This document shows positions 39,786-48,555 of a stretch of DNA of 64,000 bases, piece after piece. The DNA lies in NCBI GenBank assembly GCA_027593235.1, contig JAQCIU010000008.1, forward strand, positions 1 through 64,000. Direction: 5' to 3'. The number at the start of each line of letters is the position of its first letter. Positions within the stretch are counted from its first letter, which is position 1. Made by a program: the position numbers and the translations under genes. This DNA is from Chloroflexota bacterium (GTDB lineage Bacteria; Chloroflexota; Dehalococcoidia; UBA2979). The notes under the pieces are model-generated. The model was not told where the DNA came from. It did no database searches and saw nothing but the letters and a program-made list of their open reading frames with translations.

Positions 39786-40469
39786 ATGGCAAGCATCCTC
39801 GTCGTCGAAGATGACCCCACGATCCGCGATGTCGTGGTCTATCAACTCCAGGCGGCCGGCCACGATCTCCACACCGCCGACGACGGCGTCGACGCCGTCG
39901 ATCAGTTCCGCGCGAACAAGCCCGACCTGGTCATCCTCGATCTGATGCTTCCCCGACTTCCCGGCCTCGACGTGTTGCGCATTCTGCGTCGGGAGTCGAC
40001 CGCGCCGGTGATCGTGACCAGCGCGCGCACACGAGAGGCGGACAAGCTCGCGGGCTTCGAACTGGGCGCGGATGACTACGTGACCAAGCCATTCGGCATC
40101 CGCGAGTTACTCGCCCGCGTAGAGGCCAACCTCAAGCGGACCTTGCCGCCACGCAGAACCGGCGAGCGAGCGCCATCGTCGATCGACGTCGATGACGGCA
40201 GCCACACCGTGAGGCGCCACGGCGAGCGGGTCGCGCTCACACCGAAAGAGTTCGAATTACTCAGCTTCCTGGTGCGGCACCCGAACCAGGTCTGCTCCCG
40301 GGACCTGATCTTGGAATCCGCCTGGGGCTATGCCTACCCGGGCGAGACCCGCACCGTCGATGTGCACATGCACTGGCTCCGCCAGAAGCTGGAGGACAAC
40401 CCTGTCAGCCCGGCGCACCTGATCACGGTCCGCAACTACGGATACATGTTCGTTCCGGACCCCGCGTGA
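39786..40469 (+). CDS. OmpR/PhoB family response regulator (no adjacent kinase)
   Basis: LVVEDD, LDLMLP, GADDYVTKPF, LTPKEFELL, RTVDVH. Confidence 0.95.
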   Translation: MASILVVEDDPTIRDVVVYQLQAAGHDLHTADDGVDAVDQFRANKPDLVILDLMLPRLPGLDVLRILRRESTAPVIVTSARTREADKLAGFELGADDYVTKPFGIRELLARVEANLKRTLPPRRTGERAPSSIDVDDGSHTVRRHGERVALTPKEFELLSFLVRHPNQVCSRDLILESAWGYAYPGETRTVDVHMHWLRQKLEDNPVSPAHLITVRNYGYMFVPDPA

Positions 40470-40698
40470 TGATCGATCCGAGCGATGCATTTCGTTTGTT
40501 CGGATCAGCGCTGGTGGCTTGTGCGGCGATCGACTTCGTCGGGTACGATGGTTTCAACGGATCGAGAGATCTGTTACCTCAGTTCCACTCCCGGGTCGTC
40601 TCATCCGAACACCACGTCGAGCAGCTGAGCATCAAGCGTTTGCCGCAAGTGCGGCGGACAAAGTAGCCGGCTATGTGCCGGCGTGGAGTTCAAGTTTT

Positions 40699-41055
40699 AT
40701 GTCCCAGAGAATCTACGTGGGGAACTTCCCCTACTCGGCCACTGAAGAAGAGGTCGAGAAGCTGTTCGGTCAGTACGGCGAGGTCATCTCGTGCGCGCTG
40801 CCGACCGACCGCGAGACCGGTCGCCCGCGCGGCTTCGGTTTCGTTGAAATGTCCAACGAGGATGCCGCGAAGGCCATCCAGGCCCTGGACGGCACCGACT
40901 TCGGTGGCCGCTCCCTGGCCGTTTCCGAGGCTCGCCCCCGTGAAGACCGTGGCGGTTCCCGCGGCGGCGGCGGTGGTGGTGGCTACGGCGGCGGCGGCGG
41001 TGGTGGTGGTTACGGCGGCGGCGGCGGCGGTGGTGGTCGCGACCGCCGTTACTAG
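40699..41055 (+). CDS. RRM RNA-binding protein with Gly-rich tail
   Basis: RNP2 IYVGNF, RNP1 RGFGFVEM, GGGGGGGY repeats. Confidence 0.95.
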   Translation: MSQRIYVGNFPYSATEEEVEKLFGQYGEVISCALPTDRETGRPRGFGFVEMSNEDAAKAIQALDGTDFGGRSLAVSEARPREDRGGSRGGGGGGGYGGGGGGGGYGGGGGGGGRDRRY

Positions 41056-41164
41056 GCCCGCAGGGGCGTAGCCCCAGCACACGCACCCCTTCCGATCACG
41101 CCGAGCGTGGCATTCGCCACATCAGGATGGCTTCGGCACCAACGATCGACCGAGGATTGCAACG

Positions 41165-41193
41165 ACAGAGCCCGGCTTCGGCCGGGCTCTGTT
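41165..41193. terminator. Hairpin terminator between RRM gene and tRNA
   Basis: ACAGAGCCCGGC-TTCG-GCCGGGCTCTGT. Confidence 0.75.
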
Positions 41194-41257
41194 GCGTTCA
41201 GTGGTGCTGCGTTTAGTGGCGTCGGGTTCGACCACGACCGCACTCGGCCGGGGCCCA

Positions 41258-41295
41258 GCTAGCTGGTGAAAGAGACCGCTAGCTGGTGAAAGAGA
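41258..41295. repeat. 18-bp tandem direct repeat next to the tRNA-Arg 3' end
   Basis: GCTAGCTGGTGAAAGAGA at 41258-41275 and 41278-41295. Confidence 0.7.
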
Positions 41296-41296
41296 G

Positions 41297-41372
41297 TGGT
41301 ACGCCGGGAAGGATTTGAACCCTCGACCCTCAGATCCGAAGTCTGATGCTCTATCCCCTGAGCTACCGGCGC
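41297..41372 (-). tRNA. tRNA-Arg(TCG)
   Basis: GCGCCGGTAGCTCAGGGGATAGAGCA-TCAGA-CTTCGGA-TCTGA...GGTTCAAATCC...GTACCA. Confidence 0.95.
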
Positions 41373-41497
41373 ACGTTGAACGAACCGGGATCGGTCACAC
41401 GACCGAACTACCCCGCGCGATCACAGAAGAGGCTACGGGGGCGACGCCGGTCGCGCGAGCGCCCCGCCGACGTCGGCGTGTCGAGGACCAACCGGAT

Positions 41498-41998
41498 CTA
41501 TTGAGCGGGAGCGTCGGACGTCCGGCGCGTTGCGCGCAGGATCGCAGTGACCAGCAGGCCAATCACGGCGCCGCCGCCGAAGCCGAGGGCCGCCCCAAGG
41601 ATCAGCAGCGCGCCGAGCTGGACATCCAGCTCGATCAACGAGCCGACGGCAAACGTTCCGGCAGCTCCCAGGGCCATCCACGCGGCGCCGACCACGGCCG
41701 GCAACAGGGTGCCGATCGCGAGGCCTGGACCGATCGATCGCCCGCCGCGATTCAGGCGTCGGGCACCGACGACGGCCGAGGCGAGTGCGGGTGCCAGCCC
41801 GAAGCCAAACAGCGTGGCCATGACCAACGCCGCTTCGCCGGCGTCCAGAGTCTCGGTTCCCCCGCTGGCGAGTCCAAGCGCCGCGCCGAGCAGCGCGCCG
41901 ATTGGCGTCATGAAGATGCCGCGTCGGAGACCAACCCCAATCGCGACCCCGACGGTTCCGCCCTCGACGCTGCCGTGGGGTGGTGCCTGGGCGATCAC
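41498..41998 (-). CDS. Hypothetical Gly/Ala-rich membrane protein
   Basis: About 4 hydrophobic segments; GTGA overlap with the DUF192 gene. Confidence 0.65.
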   Translation of the reverse strand: MIAQAPPHGSVEGGTVGVAIGVGLRRGIFMTPIGALLGAALGLASGGTETLDAGEAALVMATLFGFGLAPALASAVVGARRLNRGGRSIGPGLAIGTLLPAVVGAAWMALGAAGTFAVGSLIELDVQLGALLILGAALGFGGGAVIGLLVTAILRATRRTSDAPAQ

Positions 41999-42342
41999 TC
42001 GTCGAAGTCCAGGCGATCGCCGGGTCGGAGCTTCGCGGCCGCCCCGCTGGGGAGTTCAATCACGCCAACCGCGGAGCCACCGCCCCAGGCCATACCGATC
42101 CACGGCCGAACGTTCAGTGCGACGCGCGTGACCCGGTTCTCCTTGTCGAAGAACACGGCATCGATGGCGAAGCGCATGAACATCATGTGGATCGACTTGC
42201 AGGGCCTGATCACCAGGCCGCCGCCATCCTCGAGTCCACGGCGGCCCATCAGACCGCGGAAGCGGGTCCAGTGCGTGGAAGCCTCCTCCGCCTGACGCGC
42301 GAGAACTGTCTGCTCACTGTCATCGTGAATGCGAATCAGCAT
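41995..42342 (-). CDS. DUF192 family protein
   Basis: RFRGLMGR, IHMMFMRFAIDAVFFD, VIELPSG. Confidence 0.9.
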   Translation of the reverse strand: MLIRIHDDSEQTVLARQAEEASTHWTRFRGLMGRRGLEDGGGLVIRPCKSIHMMFMRFAIDAVFFDKENRVTRVALNVRPWIGMAWGGGSAVGVIELPSGAAAKLRPGDRLDFDE

Positions 42343-42812
42343 CTGCCTACCAGCTCCACGGCGAACACGATCTCGTCTGGATCGCACCGTATCGAGCAAT
42401 GACGGCCCTCGCGGTATCCGAGGCGTAAGAACTCGATCGGAAATCGCTCGTTCTGTTGATATCTCGGCGATTTCCGCTGTTCGCCTTGGCTGCACGACCG
42501 GTAACGTGGACGCGTCATCCGAGTGTCCGGACATGAGGTCCGGTGGCGAGGAATGGACTGAGGTCGCCAGGGAAGGGCGGCGAGGCTGAATCCTCGTCGC
42601 AGCGCGTCAACGACGCGCACGGCGGTCCGTTCCGATGGCGCGAGCGCACACGTCCCAATGGCGGGTTGGACGTGTACCCCGGCTGCTCCCGCAGCACGCC
42701 GGATGACTGGCCGCCACAGGTGAGAGCTTGTGGTTTACGGGATTGCCGTTCCATCGTTCTTCGGCCTTCGTGCCGCTGCTCGTTCTGTGCACCTGGCGAA
42801 GGTGAGCTGAAC

Positions 42813-44456
42813 GTGCTGGACCGCCCCGGATTCGGCGCACCGCGCCCCGGCGCAAGCTCGCTGGTCGGCGAGTACCGACAGGCGCTGGCCGCGCTGCGCG
42901 AGATCACGCAAGACTTCGAATCGCGGGTGCGCCGGCTGGAACGAAGCGTCCAGGGCGCCGAGGCGGCCACGGGGATCGCCGAGGGTGCCGCGGAGCTGGA
43001 GGTCAGGTGCCTCGGCTCCTTCGAGCTGCGGCTGAACGGTGAGCGCCTGGATCTGCCGGCCAGCGGACGACCACTGACGGTCCTCAAAGTATTGGCGGAC
43101 CGCGGCGGCCGCCCGACCCCTCGCGAGGTACTGGTCGAGGCACTGTGGCCGGGCATCGCGACGGACGCCGGGGCGAACCGGCTGCGGGTCGCGATTCACG
43201 CGCTGCGCAAGCACATCGAGGTCGACACTGACATCGTCAGTTTCGAGCAAGGCCACTACCTGCTGAACGCAACCTCGATCGAGATCGACGCGGAACGCTT
43301 CGAGGAGTTGGTGACAGCGGGCAGCGCGAGTGAGCGCGCCGGTCAAGCCGATGCTGCGCTGCAGTTGTATGAACAGGCCGCCGATCTCTACCGCGGCGAT
43401 TACTTCGAGGACGAGCCCTACGAGGACTGGCCGCTCCTCCGCCGTCAGCACCTCCGCGACCTCTATCTCAACCTGGTGGTCAAGCTGGCCGTGCTGGCGC
43501 TGGAACGCGGCGACTACGACGCGTGCATCATGCATTGCCACGAAATCGTGCGGCAGGACGATTGCAGCGAGGATGCCTACCGCCTGCTGATGCTGGCGCA
43601 TGGACTCCGCGGCAACCGCGCTCGCGCGCTCCGCTGGTACGACCTCTGCGTGAAGACGCTGGCCCGCGAGCTCAACGTCGAGCCCTCCGCGGCAACGCAG
43701 CAGCTCCGCACCGAGATCCTTAATGAGCCGCTGGATGACGGTCGTCGCTCGGTGCGACAGCGCCTCGGCCTCGGCATCTTCGCAGGCCTCGGCGCCGCGT
43801 TCACCGCGCTCTCCATGGAGAAGGCCGCGGTCGCCGCAGCGCTGCTGATCGTCAGCGTCGTCAGCGCCACCGCTGCCGGAACAGCCCTCGTCGCGCGCCA
43901 CGACCGGACCGGCGGAACGACCATCGCCGAAGAGCGAGCTGCCCGCCCGAGCGCCGTGGTTCACGGCGAGCTGGCAGCGTCCGCCACCGCGATTCTGCAT
44001 CCGCCGCTGACCTTCGATATCGACGTGCTGCTGGACGCAAAGCCCGGCGATCCCGCCCCCACCAGCTCGGAAGCCGATCCGGTCGCCGCCGCATCGCCGC
44101 TCGGTAGCGGCCCAGACGGGGATGTTGAGCCCGCGAAGGAACAGAAGGACAAGGGAAATCCGGCGAACCCCGGCGCTCAACACGAGCCCGGACCTCCCGA
44201 GGGCGCAGGACCGCCCGATAGCGCCGGCCCTCCCGAATGGGCAGGGCCCCAAGAGAACGCTGGACCGGCCGATGCGATCGTCTCCGCGATCCAGGAACTG
44301 GGAATCGGCGGCGTCGCGATGGGAACCCGCGGCAAGCGATCACGCTTCGCCAAGGCCTTGCTCGGTAGCTGCGCCGAAGACGTGGTGCGCCGGAGTAACG
44401 TTCCCGTCTTGATCGTCAAAGAGGGCACAGTCGCAGGTGTGCCCGAACCGAGCTGA
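42813..44456 (+). CDS. SARP/BTAD transcriptional activator fused to TM segment, Pro-rich linker and a USP C-terminal half
   Basis: VRCLGSF, REVLVEALWP, LYRGDY, EDAYRLLM, L..ELNVEPS; then TM; tail ADAIV..MGTRG..LLGSCAEDVVRRSNVPVLIVK. Confidence 0.8.
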   Translation: MLDRPGFGAPRPGASSLVGEYRQALAALREITQDFESRVRRLERSVQGAEAATGIAEGAAELEVRCLGSFELRLNGERLDLPASGRPLTVLKVLADRGGRPTPREVLVEALWPGIATDAGANRLRVAIHALRKHIEVDTDIVSFEQGHYLLNATSIEIDAERFEELVTAGSASERAGQADAALQLYEQAADLYRGDYFEDEPYEDWPLLRRQHLRDLYLNLVVKLAVLALERGDYDACIMHCHEIVRQDDCSEDAYRLLMLAHGLRGNRARALRWYDLCVKTLARELNVEPSAATQQLRTEILNEPLDDGRRSVRQRLGLGIFAGLGAAFTALSMEKAAVAAALLIVSVVSATAAGTALVARHDRTGGTTIAEERAARPSAVVHGELAASATAILHPPLTFDIDVLLDAKPGDPAPTSSEADPVAAASPLGSGPDGDVEPAKEQKDKGNPANPGAQHEPGPPEGAGPPDSAGPPEWAGPQENAGPADAIVSAIQELGIGGVAMGTRGKRSRFAKALLGSCAEDVVRRSNVPVLIVKEGTVAGVPEPS

Positions 44457-44520
44457 ACCGAACTGAACTAACCACGAAAACCGGCGCCATCGATCTGGCG
44501 CCACCAATGGACGGAACGTC

Positions 44521-45025
44521 ATGCGGATTCTGATCGCCCTCACTGGCCACGACATCGACGAGGACATCGCTGCCGCGGCCGCGCGGATGTTCGGCGCGGC
44601 CGGTAACCAGATCATCGCCGTCCACGTCGCCCACCCGCGCGACGCGCGCTCGACTTATGAGCGACTCGAGTCCACGGACACCGCCGCCCGCGGCGCGGAC
44701 CTGAGCGCGATGACCAGCGACCGATCGCTCGCCGGCCCGACCGAGGGCGCCGAACAGGCGGTCGCCCGTCTCCAGTCAGAGTTCGCCGATCACGTCGAGC
44801 TGCTCACCTCGAAGTACCTCGCCGGGTTCGAGGTGGAGCGCCATCTGGTCGTCAACACCAGCGCCGCCGATGCGATCGTCGATGCGGTGAGCAGCTACTC
44901 GATCGACGCGGTCACGATGGGGAGCCGCGGCGTTGCTCGGCACCGAGACCGAGAGCGTGATCCGTCGCGTGATGGTCCCCGTTACCGTCGTAAAACAGGG
45001 TACGGTCGCAGCAACCAGCGACTGA
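44521..45025 (+). pseudogene. Universal stress protein with a small deletion/frameshift near 44932
   Basis: MRILIAL..VHV..ADAIV..MGSRG, then LLGTETESVIRRVMVPVTVVK* in another frame. Confidence 0.8.
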
Positions 45026-45037
45026 CCGGAGCGCGCC

Positions 45038-45526
45038 GTGGACGACACCCCCGCCTCGCCACTCGTTGACGAGGCGGCTCGCACCGCGCTCCAACGCGCG
45101 ATGGCCCTGCATTCCGGCGGCGAGATCGACGCCGCGCTCGCAGCCGCCGAGGAATCAGTGGCGTTAGTCCCGGGCTACGCGGACGCCCACGCCTACCTGG
45201 GCAACACGCTGGTGACGCGCAAACGTCGCTTCCGCGATGGCCTGGCTGCGATGATGCGTGCGGCGGAACTGGCGCCCGGCGACGCGGCGATCCTCTATAC
45301 GGCGGGCTGGTGCCACGAATACGTGGCGAACGCGTTGGAGCGCCCGCGCGCGCGCCATCAGCAGGTCGAGGCCGACGCGCCCAGCCTCTACGCCACCGCA
45401 CACCAGTACTTCCGACGGGCCTTGGCCGCCAACCCGGACGCCCAGTTGAAGGGCGATATCGAGGACATGCTGGACGTGGTTGCAGCGGCGACAGGCGAAC
45501 CGTGGGAGGATGCGCCTGAGATTTGA
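45038..45526 (+). CDS. Tetratricopeptide repeat protein
   Basis: PGYADAHAYLG, AAELAP, FRRALAANP TPR-like motifs. Confidence 0.75.
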   Translation: MDDTPASPLVDEAARTALQRAMALHSGGEIDAALAAAEESVALVPGYADAHAYLGNTLVTRKRRFRDGLAAMMRAAELAPGDAAILYTAGWCHEYVANALERPRARHQQVEADAPSLYATAHQYFRRALAANPDAQLKGDIEDMLDVVAAATGEPWEDAPEI

Positions 45527-45537
45527 GAGACTAGGTC

Positions 45538-46353
45538 ATGCCTGAACTCACCTTCGAAGACGGTTTCTCGCTGCACTACGAGCTGCACGGCCCGCCGGCG
45601 GGCTCCGCTCCGGCAGTGATCCTTGCGCACGGCGCCGGCGGCAACGGCATGTCCTGGTGGCAGCAGGTCCCCGCGTTCGCGGATCGCTACACCGTGGTCA
45701 CGTTCGATCACCGCGCCTTCGGCCGCTCCCCGGATATCGAGGACGGCCCCGGTCGGATCGCCTTCGGTACGGACTTGCGAGGGCTCCTCGATCATCTCGG
45801 GCTCGATCGGGTCCACTTCGTCGCGCACTCGATGGGTGGTCGCACGGCATTCAGCATCGTCTCGCGCGAGCCGGAGCGAATCGCGTCGCTGACCTATTCC
45901 GGAACCAATGGCGGCTGCGTCGACGATCGGTACCGGGAACTGAAGCGACGCTTGGAAGAAGACGGAACGCTAGCCGGTTCGCTGCTCCAACGCGCACTGG
46001 CGGATGGTTACGCCGAGCGCGAACCCGCGATGCAGTACCTGTATCGCCGCATCCGCAGCATTAATCCGCCGCGCGCGCGCGACTTCCTCGCTCCGAGCGG
46101 GCGGATGATCAACTACCGCGGCTCAACCGCTCAGCGCTTACGCGACGGCGGCTGGCCGATCCTCTGGATCGTCGGTGAACACGATCGGGTGATCGCGGCG
46201 GATCTGATCCGCATCTCGCACGGTCTGACGCCAGGCTCGCAGCTCGAGGTCGTCCCCGAGGCCGGGCACTCCGCCTACTTCGAGCAGCCGGATCGCTGGA
46301 ACAGCGCGGTGCGCGGTTTCGTCGATTCCGTCGAGGCCAGCGCCGCCGGCTGA
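45538..46353 (+). CDS. Alpha/beta fold hydrolase
   Basis: HGAGG, DHRAFGRS, AHSMGG, GEHD, AGHS.YFEQP. Confidence 0.92.
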   Translation: MPELTFEDGFSLHYELHGPPAGSAPAVILAHGAGGNGMSWWQQVPAFADRYTVVTFDHRAFGRSPDIEDGPGRIAFGTDLRGLLDHLGLDRVHFVAHSMGGRTAFSIVSREPERIASLTYSGTNGGCVDDRYRELKRRLEEDGTLAGSLLQRALADGYAEREPAMQYLYRRIRSINPPRARDFLAPSGRMINYRGSTAQRLRDGGWPILWIVGEHDRVIAADLIRISHGLTPGSQLEVVPEAGHSAYFEQPDRWNSAVRGFVDSVEASAAG

Positions 46354-46364
46354 GGTCGCCCCGG

Positions 46365-47210
46365 TTAGCTGGCGAGCGCGGTCCGCTCGTCGCCCAGCAG
46401 CGACTCGACATGCACCAGGCGTTCGTCGATCGCCTGCACCTCGGCGCGGAATCGGGCCTCGATCAGTTCCCGCTGATCCCTCAGGCGCGCGCGTTCAGCG
46501 GCGAGCGCTCCAGCCAGGCCGGATTGCGAGGGCGGTGCCGCCGTCTCGACACGGGCCGGGCGGGTTTGTTCCTGTACACGCTCCATCACGGGTGGCTCCT
46601 CGGGTGCGCTGGGGCTGATTGTTGGCGGGCGCGGAATCAATGGGTGACTGGAGTTGGCTGCTTCGCGGTTGGACGCCGCGACATCCGCGGCGTCGTCGCT
46701 GGTCGTGGCAACCGGTGGTGCCTGCGCGATCATCTCGCGCGGGGTTGGCAGCGTGAGCGGTCGCAGCGGTTCAAGCGTCGCGGCTGACTCCTGCTCCGCG
46801 ACCAACTCGATCGGTGCAGTCTCGATCGGTACCGCCGCCACCACCGCTGGCGGCGGCGTCACGACCGTCGGCGGCGCGCGCTCGATCACCTCGCTTGGCT
46901 CGCGTGCGGCGACGGCGTCGGCCACCTCATCGTCGGCAGCATGCTCGTGGTCGTCGTCGGTCGGGTAGCCCGATTCGCCATCGGTTGGGAACAGTGGGCC
47001 AATGCCCATCAGCCGTTCCACCTCCTGCGCGCAACGCACGCAGTAGCGCTTGCCGTTTTCCAGCAGTGTCAGCTCGATGCCGCGGCGATGACAGCCCGCG
47101 CACTGCGGGGCAAGGTCGGGGGCGACGGTCGCGTGATCGTCCGGCTCCTCGGCGACCGCCGTCGCGCGGGCTTCGTCGAGTTCCGCCTCGATCACCTGTT
47201 CCTCGGACAT
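46365..47210 (-). CDS. Hypothetical protein with CxxC...CxxC motif and C-terminal coiled coil
   Basis: CAGC...YCVRC, Pro/Ala-rich linker, helical C-terminus; downstream of riboswitch. Confidence 0.7.
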   Translation of the reverse strand: MSEEQVIEAELDEARATAVAEEPDDHATVAPDLAPQCAGCHRRGIELTLLENGKRYCVRCAQEVERLMGIGPLFPTDGESGYPTDDDHEHAADDEVADAVAAREPSEVIERAPPTVVTPPPAVVAAVPIETAPIELVAEQESAATLEPLRPLTLPTPREMIAQAPPVATTSDDAADVAASNREAANSSHPLIPRPPTISPSAPEEPPVMERVQEQTRPARVETAAPPSQSGLAGALAAERARLRDQRELIEARFRAEVQAIDERLVHVESLLGDERTALAS

Positions 47211-47273
47211 CAGAGGACCAGCCGATCGCGACGATCGCGGGAGGTGAGGGGGGTGGTGGCCACGCTCTGTCCC

Positions 47274-47361
47274 TTCGGTAGGCCGGCTGCCCTGTCGATC
47301 CGCGTGGATCGAGGTAGGCCCGTGCCTTTGCGTCGCCGCTTTTCAGCGGGTTTGCCGTTTC
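47274..47361 (-). ncRNA. c-di-GMP-I (GEMM) riboswitch
   Basis: Minus strand AACGGCAAACCCGCT-GAAA-AGCGGCGACGCAAAGGCACGGGCCTAC...GGCAGCCGGCCTACCGAA fits the GGCAAAC..GAAA..GACGCAAAG..CCTA..AGC..TACCG consensus. Confidence 0.85.
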
Positions 47362-47470
47362 GAGAACCGGCGCCAGGGCCGGCCTGCCGTTCGTATCCGC
47401 GGAGCACGCGCACACGACAGGCGATACCCAATTATCGGTAGAGCGCCCCCCCGACTGAACGCACGCAGGA

Positions 47471-48457
47471 TCAGCGCTCTGAAACCTCGTTCTCCAGCGG
47501 TTCGTCGCGCAGCCAGTGCTGCAGATTCCGCAAGAAGTAGCCATCCAGTCGCCGGTGCGCCGCCGCCACCGACTCCGAGTTGTGCGGCGTCACGATCACG
47601 TTCGGCAGCGCCCAGAGCGGAGACACCACCGGCAACGGCTCCTCCTCGAACACATCGAGATACGCACCGCCGATCCGTCCGTCCGCCAGGCGCTCGATCA
47701 TCGAGGCCTCGTCGATGATCTGGCCGCGCGCAATATTGACGATCCGCGCGCCGGGCGGCAGGAGATCGAGCGCCGTCGCGTCGATCAGCCCGCGCGTCTG
47801 CGGCGTCAACGGCGCGGCCAGGATCAGCCAGTCGGCCCTCGGCAGCACCTCCGCCAGGCGCTCGGGCGGCACCAGCTCGTCGACCGGATCGTCCGCGCGG
47901 CGGGGACTGCGCCGCACCGCGATCACCTGGAGGTGGAGCGCCTGCGCCAACCGTGCGATCTCTGATCCGATCGCGCCGAGACCCACGATCACGGCCGTCT
48001 GACCACGCAGATCGGCCGGCTCGGCACCGTGCGGATGGCGCGACCACTCCCGCTCCCGCTGCGCCTCTGCCCAGCGCGGGAAGCCGCGCGCTAGCTGGAG
48101 AAGTCCGCCGATCGCGGACCAGGCGATCGGCTCCGCCATCGCCCCGGAGACATTGGTGAGCCGGACCCCGCCGGCAAGCAACCGTCCGAAGACATCGTCA
48201 TCAATGCCGACGTGGGGCAGATGCACCCACCGCAGGTTCGGCGCCCGCGTCGCGCTGCCGTAGAACCGCCGTGAGCCGCTCGGGTCCTCCTCGGGAATCG
48301 GCGGCGTCGCGATCTCGACGCGCTCGAGATCCGCGGCCGGGACCCGCTCCCCCGGTGCGGGGACGAAGACCGGCTCCACGCGCTCGCCGCCGTCCATCGC
48401 GGCGATCGCCCCGGCGTAGCGTTCGTATAGTTCAGGCGTGATCAGCAGCACCGACAT
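47471..48457 (-). CDS. D-2-hydroxyacid dehydrogenase family protein
   Basis: IVGLGAIG, PLTPQTRGLID, VNIARG, LDVFEEEPL, TPH. Confidence 0.93.
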   Translation of the reverse strand: MSVLLITPELYERYAGAIAAMDGGERVEPVFVPAPGERVPAADLERVEIATPPIPEEDPSGSRRFYGSATRAPNLRWVHLPHVGIDDDVFGRLLAGGVRLTNVSGAMAEPIAWSAIGGLLQLARGFPRWAEAQREREWSRHPHGAEPADLRGQTAVIVGLGAIGSEIARLAQALHLQVIAVRRSPRRADDPVDELVPPERLAEVLPRADWLILAAPLTPQTRGLIDATALDLLPPGARIVNIARGQIIDEASMIERLADGRIGGAYLDVFEEEPLPVVSPLWALPNVIVTPHNSESVAAAHRRLDGYFLRNLQHWLRDEPLENEVSER

Positions 48458-48555
48458 CGCAACTCCGTGGTTCGCAGCCTGGGACTGACTCAGTCTACGG
48501 AGCGCGCAAACGCCCGCGTTGCTGCGCTACGCTGCACACCTGAACAGGGGGCGGG

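Noticed and set aside
40961-41040. GGC/GGT tandem repeat as an independent element
   Set aside because: It simply encodes the Gly-rich tail of the RRM protein
31900-41372. nos cluster as a tRNA-Arg-integrated island
   Set aside because: No integrase, and I found no duplicated tRNA 3' end on the left side by eye
47088-47102. CAGCH read as a heme c motif in the 46365-47210 protein
   Set aside because: No signal peptide, and a second CxxC follows, so a zinc finger is more likely
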